A stretch of 64,000 bases of DNA from Candidatus Saccharimonadota bacterium (GTDB lineage: Bacteria > Patescibacteriota > Saccharimonadia > Saccharimonadales > JAXHNE01). Of this stretch, positions 50,967 through 59,558 are shown one piece after another (positions within the stretch are counted from its first letter, which is position 1; each line of letters opens with the position of its first letter). Both the position numbers and the translations under genes were made by a program. The stretch is taken from positions 9,983 to 73,982 of the forward strand of contig JAXHNE010000004.1 of the NCBI GenBank assembly GCA_034520885.1, in the 5' to 3' direction. The notes below the pieces were generated by a model. That model was given only the letters and a program-made list of their open reading frames with translations, was not told where the DNA came from and ran no database searches.

Positions 50967-51525
50967 CGTTGCCTTTGACCTGTTTTTCGTAATCCAGCTT
51001 TTCTAATTGGCCGTCTTCCATAAGTTTGAAGAACCCGTCGGGTTTGTCTTTGATGTGGTCAATGAACACTTTTCCGTTGATGTGGTCAATTTCGTGCTGG
51101 AATATTCTTGCCAGGAAACCTTCCGCGGTGACGCGAATCTCCTGGCCGTTCTCGTTCAAGGCTTTGACCTTTACTTTCTGATAACGGGGAACTTTCCCGT
51201 ATATATCTTTTACGCTCAGGCAGCCTTCGAAATCATCAATGAGTTCGCCTTCGAACTTGGCAATCTCCGGGTTAATGAATACCGAAAAGCTTCGGTCTTG
51301 CTTGTCGTCAAAGTTGTTGCGCACGATCACGATACGATATGGCCGATCAACCTGAATGGCCGCCAGCGCGACTCCTACTTCATGATCGCGGCTGTCTTCC
51401 CAATCCAAGGTGGCGGCTTTCATGTCTTCGATGAGACGCTTTATTTCTTCGGACAGAACGCCTACCCGTTTGGAGCGTTGCCGCAAGTGCTCGTGAGGGA
51501 GCGTAATAATGTCATCTTTCTTCAT
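50950..51525 (-). CDS. def: peptide deformylase
   Basis: GVALAAIQV (motif 1), EGCLSV (motif 2) and QHEIDHINGKVF (motif 3). Confidence 0.9.
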   Translation of the reverse strand: MKKDDIITLPHEHLRQRSKRVGVLSEEIKRLIEDMKAATLDWEDSRDHEVGVALAAIQVDRPYRIVIVRNNFDDKQDRSFSVFINPEIAKFEGELIDDFEGCLSVKDIYGKVPRYQKVKVKALNENGQEIRVTAEGFLARIFQHEIDHINGKVFIDHIKDKPDGFFKLMEDGQLEKLDYEKQVKGNDGLWG

Positions 51526-51554
51526 TGGCGATAAGTATACCGTATGTTCGAGGG

Positions 51555-53492
51555 TTACAACAGGTTGATCGGGTCGATGTTGTAAGCTACATTTTTCGGG
51601 AGCGTTTCGATAATTTTAAGCAAATCACCACGCCTCTTGGACTTAACGATGAGCTGCCAATGAAACTTGCCATGTGCCTTGGCTTTGAATCGCGGACTCG
51701 GTCCGACAGTTTTGATTCGCAGGCCTTTCAATGTTCCCAGCCGTTCTTTTACGTACAGAATACGTTGCTTGGCCTGCTCCTCTTGTTTATGTGAGGCGGT
51801 TATTTGCAGCAAAAAACAAAACGGTGGATAAAGAAAAGTTTTGCGCTCCTCGAGTTCACGCGCCAAAAACGTTGAAAAATCTTTTTGTGAAGCGGCGGCG
51901 ATAAGCTGGCTATCGGGGTTATAGGTTTGAATGACTACTTCTCCCTCGCGGTGTCCCCGTGCTACGCGACCAATGATTTGGTGTAGTTGTTGGTACGTTT
52001 TTTCGCGGGCACTAAAATCCGGTATTCCCAGTGAACTGTCCGCTCGAACAATGCCGACTACCCGGAGCTTCGGGAGGTCGAGCCCTTTGCTGAGCAGTTG
52101 TGTGCCTACGAGAATATCTATTTTTCCGCTTCGAACATCCTCATAGCGCAACTCCAAGCGTTCACTTTTTGCCAGGTCGGTGTCAAACCGGGCAACGGTC
52201 GCTTCGGGAAATAGCTTTCGTACGTGCGAAATGAGGGCTTTGGTACCCACTTGTTTGTAAAAAATGTCCGGGCTGCCGCATTCGGGGCAGGCGGCGTAGG
52301 GGGAGACCGTGAGTCCACAAGTATGGCACCGCATACTATGGTGATCATCATGAAACGTTAAGGCGATGTCACAGTTAGGGCAAAGGTGTTCCCATCCGCA
52401 GGCCTGGCATAACACCAATCGTGCCGTTCCCCGGCGATTAAGGAATAAAAGAGTCTGTTCATTATTCTTGAGCGCGCGCTTTACGCGGGTAAGAAGTGAC
52501 CGTGAAAGGTGAGGGGAAGTGCTGAAATCACCACGCTGCTTAAGGTCCACGATCTCCACGTCCAAAGCCTCCTCTGGCTGGTCGGTTCGCATTCGAAGAA
52601 CGGGGAGTTTTTTCGCTTGAAGCAGCGCATGGTCAACCACTGAAGGAGTGGCAGAACCAAGAATCAATTTTGCACCGTGAAGCCGAGAAAGTTGCGCGGC
52701 AACGCGCACGGCGTGATAATGCGGAGATTGTTCTTGTTTGTAGGCGTCTTCGTGTGATTCATCGACTACCACGAGTCCCAGGGATTTTATCGGGGCGAAT
52801 AGCGAGGAGCGAGTCCCCACGATTAGTTGGCCTTCGTCACTCTCTACGATTGATTGCCATAGTTCCCGTCTTTGTTTGGTAGTAAGTTGGGAATGTAAGA
52901 CCAGAGGGCGAACATCGGTGAGGGCTTGTAAATCGGCCGCGAGTTGGGACGTAAGCCCAATCTCGGGCGTTAAAACCAACACGGACTGGTTGTTGCCGAG
53001 AAACCGCTTGGCGAGCTCGGCGTATACGCGGGTTTTTCCGGAACCAGTGTCCCCGTGCAATAAATATGTAGAGTCGTTGCCGTGAGTAATTTGATTTATC
53101 ACCTCCCGTTGCCGCGTCCACAGCTTGGGGTTGGTCGCTTTTTCCATTGGCTTCACGGGAAGTTTGTCCGTGGCCACGGGTTTCCCCTTAAGTACCGACC
53201 CCGGCATAAAAAGACGTAAACTACTTCCTGATGGCGACGGATAGTAAGACTCCATCCACTCCCAGAGCGCCAAGGCTTTGGCCGGTAAAGGTGGACTGTC
53301 CGCTACGCGGGCAATCGGTTTCACGGCAAACTCCGGTTTTTTTACTTCTCGCTCAACGAAACCAAAGAGCTCGCTTTTACGCACCGGCACGGTGACCACC
53401 GTTCCGCTACCCAAGGAGCGATTTGACGAATAGGTCAATGGTTTTTTACTGTGGTAAGCGTTTCCGGCAACTCGTACCTCATAGTAGTACAT
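51555..53492 (-). CDS. priA: primosomal protein N' (PriA helicase)
   Basis: LLHGDTGSGKTRVY (Walker A), DESH and the Cys-rich zinc-binding insert CQACGWEHLCPNCDIALTFH...CHTCG. Confidence 0.9.
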   Translation of the reverse strand: MYYYEVRVAGNAYHSKKPLTYSSNRSLGSGTVVTVPVRKSELFGFVEREVKKPEFAVKPIARVADSPPLPAKALALWEWMESYYPSPSGSSLRLFMPGSVLKGKPVATDKLPVKPMEKATNPKLWTRQREVINQITHGNDSTYLLHGDTGSGKTRVYAELAKRFLGNNQSVLVLTPEIGLTSQLAADLQALTDVRPLVLHSQLTTKQRRELWQSIVESDEGQLIVGTRSSLFAPIKSLGLVVVDESHEDAYKQEQSPHYHAVRVAAQLSRLHGAKLILGSATPSVVDHALLQAKKLPVLRMRTDQPEEALDVEIVDLKQRGDFSTSPHLSRSLLTRVKRALKNNEQTLLFLNRRGTARLVLCQACGWEHLCPNCDIALTFHDDHHSMRCHTCGLTVSPYAACPECGSPDIFYKQVGTKALISHVRKLFPEATVARFDTDLAKSERLELRYEDVRSGKIDILVGTQLLSKGLDLPKLRVVGIVRADSSLGIPDFSAREKTYQQLHQIIGRVARGHREGEVVIQTYNPDSQLIAAASQKDFSTFLARELEERKTFLYPPFCFLLQITASHKQEEQAKQRILYVKERLGTLKGLRIKTVGPSPRFKAKAHGKFHWQLIVKSKRRGDLLKIIETLPKNVAYNIDPINLL

Positions 53493-53554
53493 AACCCTAG
53501 TATAAAGTCTTAGTGGAATTTTCTTGAAATATTTTTCAGTGTTATGTACACTCT

Positions 53555-53881
53555 ATGTACGTTGTTCTAATAACAATAGAGACGCTTATGTTAGATGTAT
53601 TTATTACCAGTCGTGTGCGCCGAAAGATTATAGTGGTGTATGCCAAGTATCCGGATTTTAAAACCCACGTACGGGGGTTGGCCAAGCTTATCAAAGAAGA
53701 TGCCGGCAACATTCAACGCGAACTAAAGCGCCTGGAAAAGATCGGCTTTCTTACGTCCGAAAAACAAGGCAACACCAAAGTCTACTGCACCAATAAACAC
53801 TTCATTATCTTTAAAGAATTACAAAGTATCGTGTTGAAGTCACAACGCGCGAAACAAAAACGACAACAAGCTCGACAATAA
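53555..53881 (+). CDS. winged-helix DNA-binding protein, paralog of ORF 3776
   Basis: SRVRRKIIVVYAKYP...LAKLIKEDAGNIQRELKRLEKIGFLTSEKQGNTKVY parallels SKTRVKLLQLFYSHP...ITRKIEEQINSVRRELSNLLSVGLIKSSTHNNRLY in ORF 3776. It has a basic tail. Confidence 0.4.
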   Translation: MYVVLITIETLMLDVFITSRVRRKIIVVYAKYPDFKTHVRGLAKLIKEDAGNIQRELKRLEKIGFLTSEKQGNTKVYCTNKHFIIFKELQSIVLKSQRAKQKRQQARQ

Positions 53882-53910
53882 GCTTGCATTTTTATCTCTG
53901 TTAAAGTAGG

Positions 53911-54135
53911 ATGTATCGGATGATTCACGTAACGAAAAAAGATCCCAAGGAGTCCACGGAAGGTTTGATCCGTCGATTTTCCCGTAAAGTACAGCAGTCA
54001 GGTGTTTTGGCCGAAGTCAAGCAGAATCAACACTTTGAAAAACCCATGAGCAAGCGGGATCGCCGTAAAAAAGCGATCGTTCGTAAGCAGCGTAAGGCCG
54101 ACAAAGTAAAGAAACTGAAACTTGGGCGGCGTTAA
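53911..54135 (+). CDS. rpsU: 30S ribosomal protein S21
   Basis: LIRRFSRKVQQSGVLAEVKQNQHFEKP...KK...RK follows the S21 pattern. Confidence 0.8.
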   Translation: MYRMIHVTKKDPKESTEGLIRRFSRKVQQSGVLAEVKQNQHFEKPMSKRDRRKKAIVRKQRKADKVKKLKLGRR

Positions 54136-54212
54136 AGTTATAAAAAGCGCTTGCCTTCTTCGCGACATATCCGGATGCGCGCACCGGAAGAGTCTGGTAC
54201 ACTACTGTTGAA

Positions 54213-54665
54213 ATGAGCCTGAAACGAGACATTGACGCGGACTTAAAACAAGCACTCTTATCCGGTGATAAGCGGTTGGTTTCGGTATTGCGCGGCGTAA
54301 AAAGCGTCATCTTAAACGAAGAAGTCGCCCAGGGTAAACGCGAAAGCGGGCTGGAGGACGCCGTTATCATCGGTCTACTGCAAAAAGAGATCAAAAAGCG
54401 CAAGGAAGCCGCAGCGCTTTATCGTCAAGCGGGCGATAGTGACCGGACGGACCAAGAAGAATACGAGGCAAAAGTAATTTCCGGGTACGTTCCGGAAATG
54501 ATGAGCGAAGCGGAAGTAGCCGACATGGTCAAAACCGTTATAAGCGAGTTGGGCGTGGAGGATATGTCCGGCATGGGACGCGTAGTCGGTGAAGCCAAAA
54601 AACGAAGTCAAGGTCGAGCCGATGGAGCGGTCATTGCTAAAATAGCTAAGGAGCAGCTGGGATGA
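54213..54665 (+). CDS. yqeY: GatB/YqeY domain protein
   Basis: LKQALLSGDKRLVSVLRGVKS...LLQKEIKKRKEAAALYRQAG...VKTVISELG is a YqeY-family match. It follows rpsU, as is typical. Confidence 0.8.
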   Translation: MSLKRDIDADLKQALLSGDKRLVSVLRGVKSVILNEEVAQGKRESGLEDAVIIGLLQKEIKKRKEAAALYRQAGDSDRTDQEEYEAKVISGYVPEMMSEAEVADMVKTVISELGVEDMSGMGRVVGEAKKRSQGRADGAVIAKIAKEQLG

Positions 54666-55201
54666 TCATACTTATGGGCGTTGCCGGTTCCGGAAAAAGT
54701 TCCCAGGGTCGTATGTTGGCCGATGAAATGGGATTTCCATGGGTGTCAACCGGTGAATTTTTGCGCATGCTGATATCCGGCGAACGACGTAAAGCCATGT
54801 TGGAAGGAAAGTTGCTTGAGGATTCCGAGATTATCGGCCTCACGCAGAAAATATTCGCTATGATTGATACGGATAACGAGTTTATCTTGGATGGTTTCCC
54901 TCGGACGCCCGGCCAAGCGGATTGGCTTCTCGCGCAATTAAAGCACGGGCAACTTAACATCAGTGCGGTGATACATCTTCAAGCTAATCAAGATGTGGTG
55001 CGTGAGCGCCTTTTGGAGCGTGGGCGTCAGGATGATCATCCTGACGCCATCAAAGAACGTTTCGTGGAATATCGAGAAAGTATTCTCCCGATCCTGGAGC
55101 AATTCAAGGCCGCCGGCGTAGCGGTTCATGACATAGACGGCAATCAGTCCATGAAAGACGTACATAACGACATAGAAGCGGCGATTCGGTCGGCAACGTA
55201 A
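54662..55201 (+). CDS. adk: adenylate kinase (short, lid-less type)
   Basis: MIILMGVAGSGKSSQG (P-loop), ILDGFPRTPGQA. Confidence 0.9.
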   Translation: MIILMGVAGSGKSSQGRMLADEMGFPWVSTGEFLRMLISGERRKAMLEGKLLEDSEIIGLTQKIFAMIDTDNEFILDGFPRTPGQADWLLAQLKHGQLNISAVIHLQANQDVVRERLLERGRQDDHPDAIKERFVEYRESILPILEQFKAAGVAVHDIDGNQSMKDVHNDIEAAIRSAT

Positions 55202-55205
55202 CATT

Positions 55206-55973
55206 TTGATGACGAAAATAAAGACCCAAAAAGAAATCCGGACTATGCGCGAGGCCGGGGGTATGTTGGCGCGGGTTTTGGTTGCCGTGGAACGTGGGGC
55301 GAAAGCGGGCATGACTACCAAAGATTTGGCGAACATAGCCAAGAACGAACTAAAGGCTCTTGGCGGACAGCCGAGTTTTCTCGGTTATCAAGGGTTTCCG
55401 GACGTGTTGTGCGTATCGGTTAATGATGAAATCGTGCACGGCATACCTTCCGATAAACGCGTTTTACAAGAAGGGGATTTGGTGAGCGTCGATTTCGGAG
55501 TGACTTTGGACGGTTTGGTAACGGACTCGGCCATGAGCTTTTTTATAGGCGAAGTCAAAGATCGGCAAAAACGGGAACTATTGGCTACGACCAGCGTGGC
55601 GCTGGAGAATGCCATCAGTGTGCTTAAAGGAGGGATTCGCGTCGGTGACATATCGGCCGCGGCACAAACGACCATTGAGGAACACGGATTCGGGATCGTG
55701 CGCGACCTAGTAGGGCATGGCGTCGGGCATGAGCTACATGAACTTCCTAACATACCCAACTTCGGACGGTCCGGCACCGGTCCAAAGCTATTAACCGGTA
55801 TGACCGTCGCCATTGAGCCGATGGTAACTCTCGGGGCGCATCAAGTGGTCATTGACCCTGACGGATGGACGGTGCGAACTGCCGACGGAAGTCTCGCGGC
55901 CCACTTTGAGCACACCATATTAATTACCGAAAACGGGTATGAAATTTTGACGGATCGAACAAAAGTTTCATAA
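55206..55973 (+). CDS. map: methionine aminopeptidase type I
   Basis: GIPS...DLVSVDFGV...HGVGHELHE...IEPM are the metal ligands (D, D, H, E, E). Confidence 0.9.
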   Translation: MMTKIKTQKEIRTMREAGGMLARVLVAVERGAKAGMTTKDLANIAKNELKALGGQPSFLGYQGFPDVLCVSVNDEIVHGIPSDKRVLQEGDLVSVDFGVTLDGLVTDSAMSFFIGEVKDRQKRELLATTSVALENAISVLKGGIRVGDISAAAQTTIEEHGFGIVRDLVGHGVGHELHELPNIPNFGRSGTGPKLLTGMTVAIEPMVTLGAHQVVIDPDGWTVRTADGSLAAHFEHTILITENGYEILTDRTKVS

Positions 55974-56022
55974 CGCTTTCGTTTTACTAGAAGATTCCTT
56001 CGTTGGTTGCTATACTTCGTTT

Positions 56023-57258
56023 ATGCGCGAACAAACACCAACACATTTTGTTGGTCTTGATATTGGAACCCAGAACGTACGCTGTGTAGTGGGGATGGTG
56101 GATGAAGCCGATCCGACAAAACCGACCGTTATCGGGCACGGAAGCGCCATGAATCACGGGATGCGCAAAGGCGTCATTACCCATGTGGACGATGTCGCCG
56201 ATGCCGTATCCCATGCCATTATGGAAGCCGAACGTCTTTCAGGGGTTCACATTCAGCATGCTACGGTGAATGTCAACGGCTCACATGTCTCCGGCATTAA
56301 CTCGAAAGGCGTTATCGCGGTCAGTACGGCGGATAAGGAAATAGGTGAGGACGAACGACTTCGCGTGGAAGAAGCGGCCACCATTGTGCAGCTGCCGCCG
56401 AATCGTGAGATTATTCAGGTATTCGCGAAAAATTACCGTATCGATGGCCAGGATAACATCAAAGACCCCATAGGGATGCAAGGGGTGCGCCTAGAGGTGG
56501 ACACGCACATCGTCACCGCCTTGGCGCCGAACGTACGAAATTTGGAGCTGGTATTGGAAAAATCCAAACTCAAGTCGCAGCACAAAACGCTTTCTTCTTT
56601 GGCGGCCTCCGAAGCCGTACTGGATCGTAAGCAGAAGGAAGCCGGGACACTTCTTGTAGATATCGGGGCGGGAACCACCAATCTTTCGATTATAGAGGAC
56701 GGAGAAGTTCATCACGTGGCCGTTATCCCCGTCGGCAGTATAAATTTAACTAACGATCTGGCAATCGGGCTTAAAACCGAGCTGGAAATCGCGGAGAAGG
56801 TAAAACTTGAGTACGCGATCCTGGATGACTCTAACAAGGATTTGAATGCCAAAGTAGAACACGATGGCCGTTCGCATCTTTTTGAAATGACCGAAGTAAA
56901 AATGATTACCGAAGCTCGCATAGAAGAGCTGTTCGAACTAATAGATAAAGAACTTAAGGCGGTAAAGCGATCACGCAAACTCCCCGGTGGAGTAGTGTTC
57001 GTGGGCGGTGGTGCGAAAATTCCCGGGCTCGAAGGTTTTGCCAAGGAAAAGTTGCAGCTTGCGGCTCGGCCGGGCGCATTGCAGCCTTTAAGTGGGTTAG
57101 TGGACGTTGTTGATGACGGCGCTTACGCCAGCGCGGTCGGTTTGATGCTTTTGGATATGGTGCTTATTCCGGATGAGAACGCGGTGTTCGGCCGACCGAA
57201 CACCAAAGCTTTCGGTTTTATTGATGGATTAATGGGGAAGATAGGACTAAAGAAGTAG
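56023..57258 (+). CDS. ftsA: cell division protein FtsA
   Basis: FVGLDIGTQNVRCVVG, the actin-like fold, VDIGAGTTNLSI and VFVGGGAKIPGL. Confidence 0.9.
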   Translation: MREQTPTHFVGLDIGTQNVRCVVGMVDEADPTKPTVIGHGSAMNHGMRKGVITHVDDVADAVSHAIMEAERLSGVHIQHATVNVNGSHVSGINSKGVIAVSTADKEIGEDERLRVEEAATIVQLPPNREIIQVFAKNYRIDGQDNIKDPIGMQGVRLEVDTHIVTALAPNVRNLELVLEKSKLKSQHKTLSSLAASEAVLDRKQKEAGTLLVDIGAGTTNLSIIEDGEVHHVAVIPVGSINLTNDLAIGLKTELEIAEKVKLEYAILDDSNKDLNAKVEHDGRSHLFEMTEVKMITEARIEELFELIDKELKAVKRSRKLPGGVVFVGGGAKIPGLEGFAKEKLQLAARPGALQPLSGLVDVVDDGAYASAVGLMLLDMVLIPDENAVFGRPNTKAFGFIDGLMGKIGLKK

Positions 57259-57360
57259 GACTCGCTTTTTGTTCGCAAAAGTACTTTGAAGTGAGTTGCA
57301 ATTGATCATATACCCGCTATCGGGTATACTCACCCTACAGATGTAAGAGGGAATTATTAG

Positions 57361-58686
57361 ATGCCACAAGTTGCTCCAGCTATTGAAACGTTTGCCCGAA
57401 TTAAAGTTATCGGTGTTGGTGGCGCCGGAGGCGCCGCGGTTAATCGTATGATTGAATCCGGCGTAAAGGGGGTGGAGTTCGTCGTCGTTAACACTGACTC
57501 CCAAGCCCTGCACCACTCCAAGGCGGACACCAAGGTACATATCGGTAAAGACGAAACTCGTGGTCTTGGTGCCGGAGCCGACCCGGATGTTGGTGAAAAT
57601 GCCGCGGAAGAATCCAAGGAAGACATAGTAAACGTTGTAAAAGATGCCGATATGGTGTTCGTTACCATTGGTGCCGGTGGTGGTACCGGTAGTGGTGCCG
57701 GACACGTAGTTGCTCGACTGGCCAGAGAGGGAGGCTCCTTGGTTGTTGGTTTTGCAACAAAACCGTTTGCATTCGAGGGCCAGAAGCGTCGCAGAAACGC
57801 CGAGCACGCCATAGAAGCTCTGCGCAAAGAGGTGGATACATTAATTACTATTCCCAATGATCGTTTGCTGCAGACTATCGATCGCCAAACACCGCTTCTC
57901 GAAGCCTTTAAGGTGGCCGATGATGTCTTGCGCCAGGGCGTCCAGGGCATTTCCGATCTTATTACCGTACATGGGCTAATTAACTTGGACTTCGCCGACG
58001 TGAAAGCCGTAATGAGCAATGCCGGATCGGCGCTTATGGGAATTGGGCGCTCAAGTGGTGAAAATCGTGCCGTGCAAGCCGCACAACAAGCCGTGGAGTC
58101 TCCGCTCCTGGAGGTTTCTATCGATGGTGCCCGGGGCATTCTGTTCAATATTATCGGTGGTAACGATATGGCCATGCACGAAATTAATACCGCCGCCGAA
58201 ACCATTACCGCCGCCGCCGACCAAGAAGCGAATATCATATTCGGGGCAACCATTGATCCTGATCTTGAGGGTGAAATTGCCATTACCGTCGTTGCTACCG
58301 GGTTTGATGCCGCGTATTTTTCCAGTCGTTCAACACTCAACGAACAAGCCAAGGAAGAGCTATCCGCTTCTTCCGAGGAAGAGTCCGAACGGGGAGAATC
58401 CAAGACCAAAATTGGCGACGAAGCCATGAATGATATTGATATGGACTTGGATAATAAAGAATCCTCGGCTGACTTTTCCGCTGAAACTCCAATGCCGAAT
58501 ATTTGGTCAATCGACAATAAAGACGAAGATGATGAACAAAAAAATAGTAAAGAAAAATCCAAAACTTCGGATGCGTTTTCTTCCGACGAGGAAGATGCCG
58601 AACTGGAAAAACCTTCCTTTTTGCGTCGTCTTAAGAACAAGCGAAAGCAAGAAAAAGACGATACCGACAAGAAGTCTGGTAAATAA
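57361..58686 (+). CDS. ftsZ: cell division protein FtsZ with long acidic/Lys-rich C-terminal extension
   Basis: [30 protein letters not shown] (tubulin signature) and NDRLL. About 120 aa of disordered tail follow. Confidence 0.95.
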   Translation: MPQVAPAIETFARIKVIGVGGAGGAAVNRMIESGVKGVEFVVVNTDSQALHHSKADTKVHIGKDETRGLGAGADPDVGENAAEESKEDIVNVVKDADMVFVTIGAGGGTGSGAGHVVARLAREGGSLVVGFATKPFAFEGQKRRRNAEHAIEALRKEVDTLITIPNDRLLQTIDRQTPLLEAFKVADDVLRQGVQGISDLITVHGLINLDFADVKAVMSNAGSALMGIGRSSGENRAVQAAQQAVESPLLEVSIDGARGILFNIIGGNDMAMHEINTAAETITAAADQEANIIFGATIDPDLEGEIAITVVATGFDAAYFSSRSTLNEQAKEELSASSEEESERGESKTKIGDEAMNDIDMDLDNKESSADFSAETPMPNIWSIDNKDEDDEQKNSKEKSKTSDAFSSDEEDAELEKPSFLRRLKNKRKQEKDDTDKKSGK

Positions 58687-58699
58687 TATAACGCTATTT

Positions 58700-58738
58700 A
58701 CTTACCCCGTAGCAAGTAAATAGCGTTGTCCGAGAGCG
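58700..58738 (+). terminator. strong hairpin after ftsZ (14 bp stem), possible terminator
   Basis: aacgctatttactt accccgtagca agtaaatagcgtt; the T-tract is weak. Confidence 0.4.
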
Positions 58739-58930
58739 GTAATCCCCACATATTTTACCGGGGCAAAACCATGCATAATTATACAACAGAAATATCTGCC
58801 CCGGGGCTTGAAAAACACCATGGATAGCGCTAAAATAGGGGTTAGATACGCTATATATGGATAAAGATATACGGCGGTGGTACGTTGAAATGAACAAATA
58901 ATTTGATCTAAATCAAAGATCAGAAAGGGT

Positions 58931-59413
58931 ATGCATATGAAATGCAGCCGATGCCATAAGATCGATACGAAAGTGATCGAATCAAGAGACGTGGCTGACG
59001 GTGAAGCGATCCGCAGACGCCGTGCTTGCCTGAACTGCGAATATAGATTTACGACATACGAACGCCTTGAGCGACCACAACTGAATGTAGTGAAGAACGA
59101 CGGCACCCGTGAGTTATTTAACCGGGATAAACTACTTGCCGGACTTCTCCGGGCGTCGGAAAAGACCAAGATTACCAGTTTACAACTTGAAGAACTGGTG
59201 GCAACTGTCGAACAAAAAATCTATGCCTGTGGAGAACAGGAAGTAACTTCCGCGAAGGTCGGTGATCTCGTTATGGACGAACTCGCCAAGCTTGACGAAG
59301 TGGCTTATGTGCGGTTCGCAAGTGTTTACCGGCGGTTCAAAGATATCGCGGGTTTCGAAAAAGAGCTGCTGCAAATTCGCAAACGCAAAGCAGAACCTGT
59401 CAAGAACGTATAG
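58931..59413 (+). CDS. nrdR: transcriptional repressor NrdR
   Basis: MKCSRCHKIDTKVIESR...RRRACLNCEYRFTTYERLE is the zinc ribbon, followed by the ATP-cone. Confidence 0.9.
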   Translation: MHMKCSRCHKIDTKVIESRDVADGEAIRRRRACLNCEYRFTTYERLERPQLNVVKNDGTRELFNRDKLLAGLLRASEKTKITSLQLEELVATVEQKIYACGEQEVTSAKVGDLVMDELAKLDEVAYVRFASVYRRFKDIAGFEKELLQIRKRKAEPVKNV

Positions 59414-59558
59414 AACTTGACGGTTCCCCCCGACCCTTAAATCGGTAGATTTAAAGTTCGAGGGGAGCGAGCGAAGGAGACGTTTTGAGAGCGCGTTCAC
59501 CAACGCTACGAGCCAAATAAAAATCATAAAAATTAATAACTAAAAAAGTGAGGGTATT

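Noticed and set aside
59414-59558. Cobalamin riboswitch upstream of the B12-dependent nrdJ.
   Set aside because: No B12-box (consensus GCCACTG-like) is visible. NrdR-type control is more likely.
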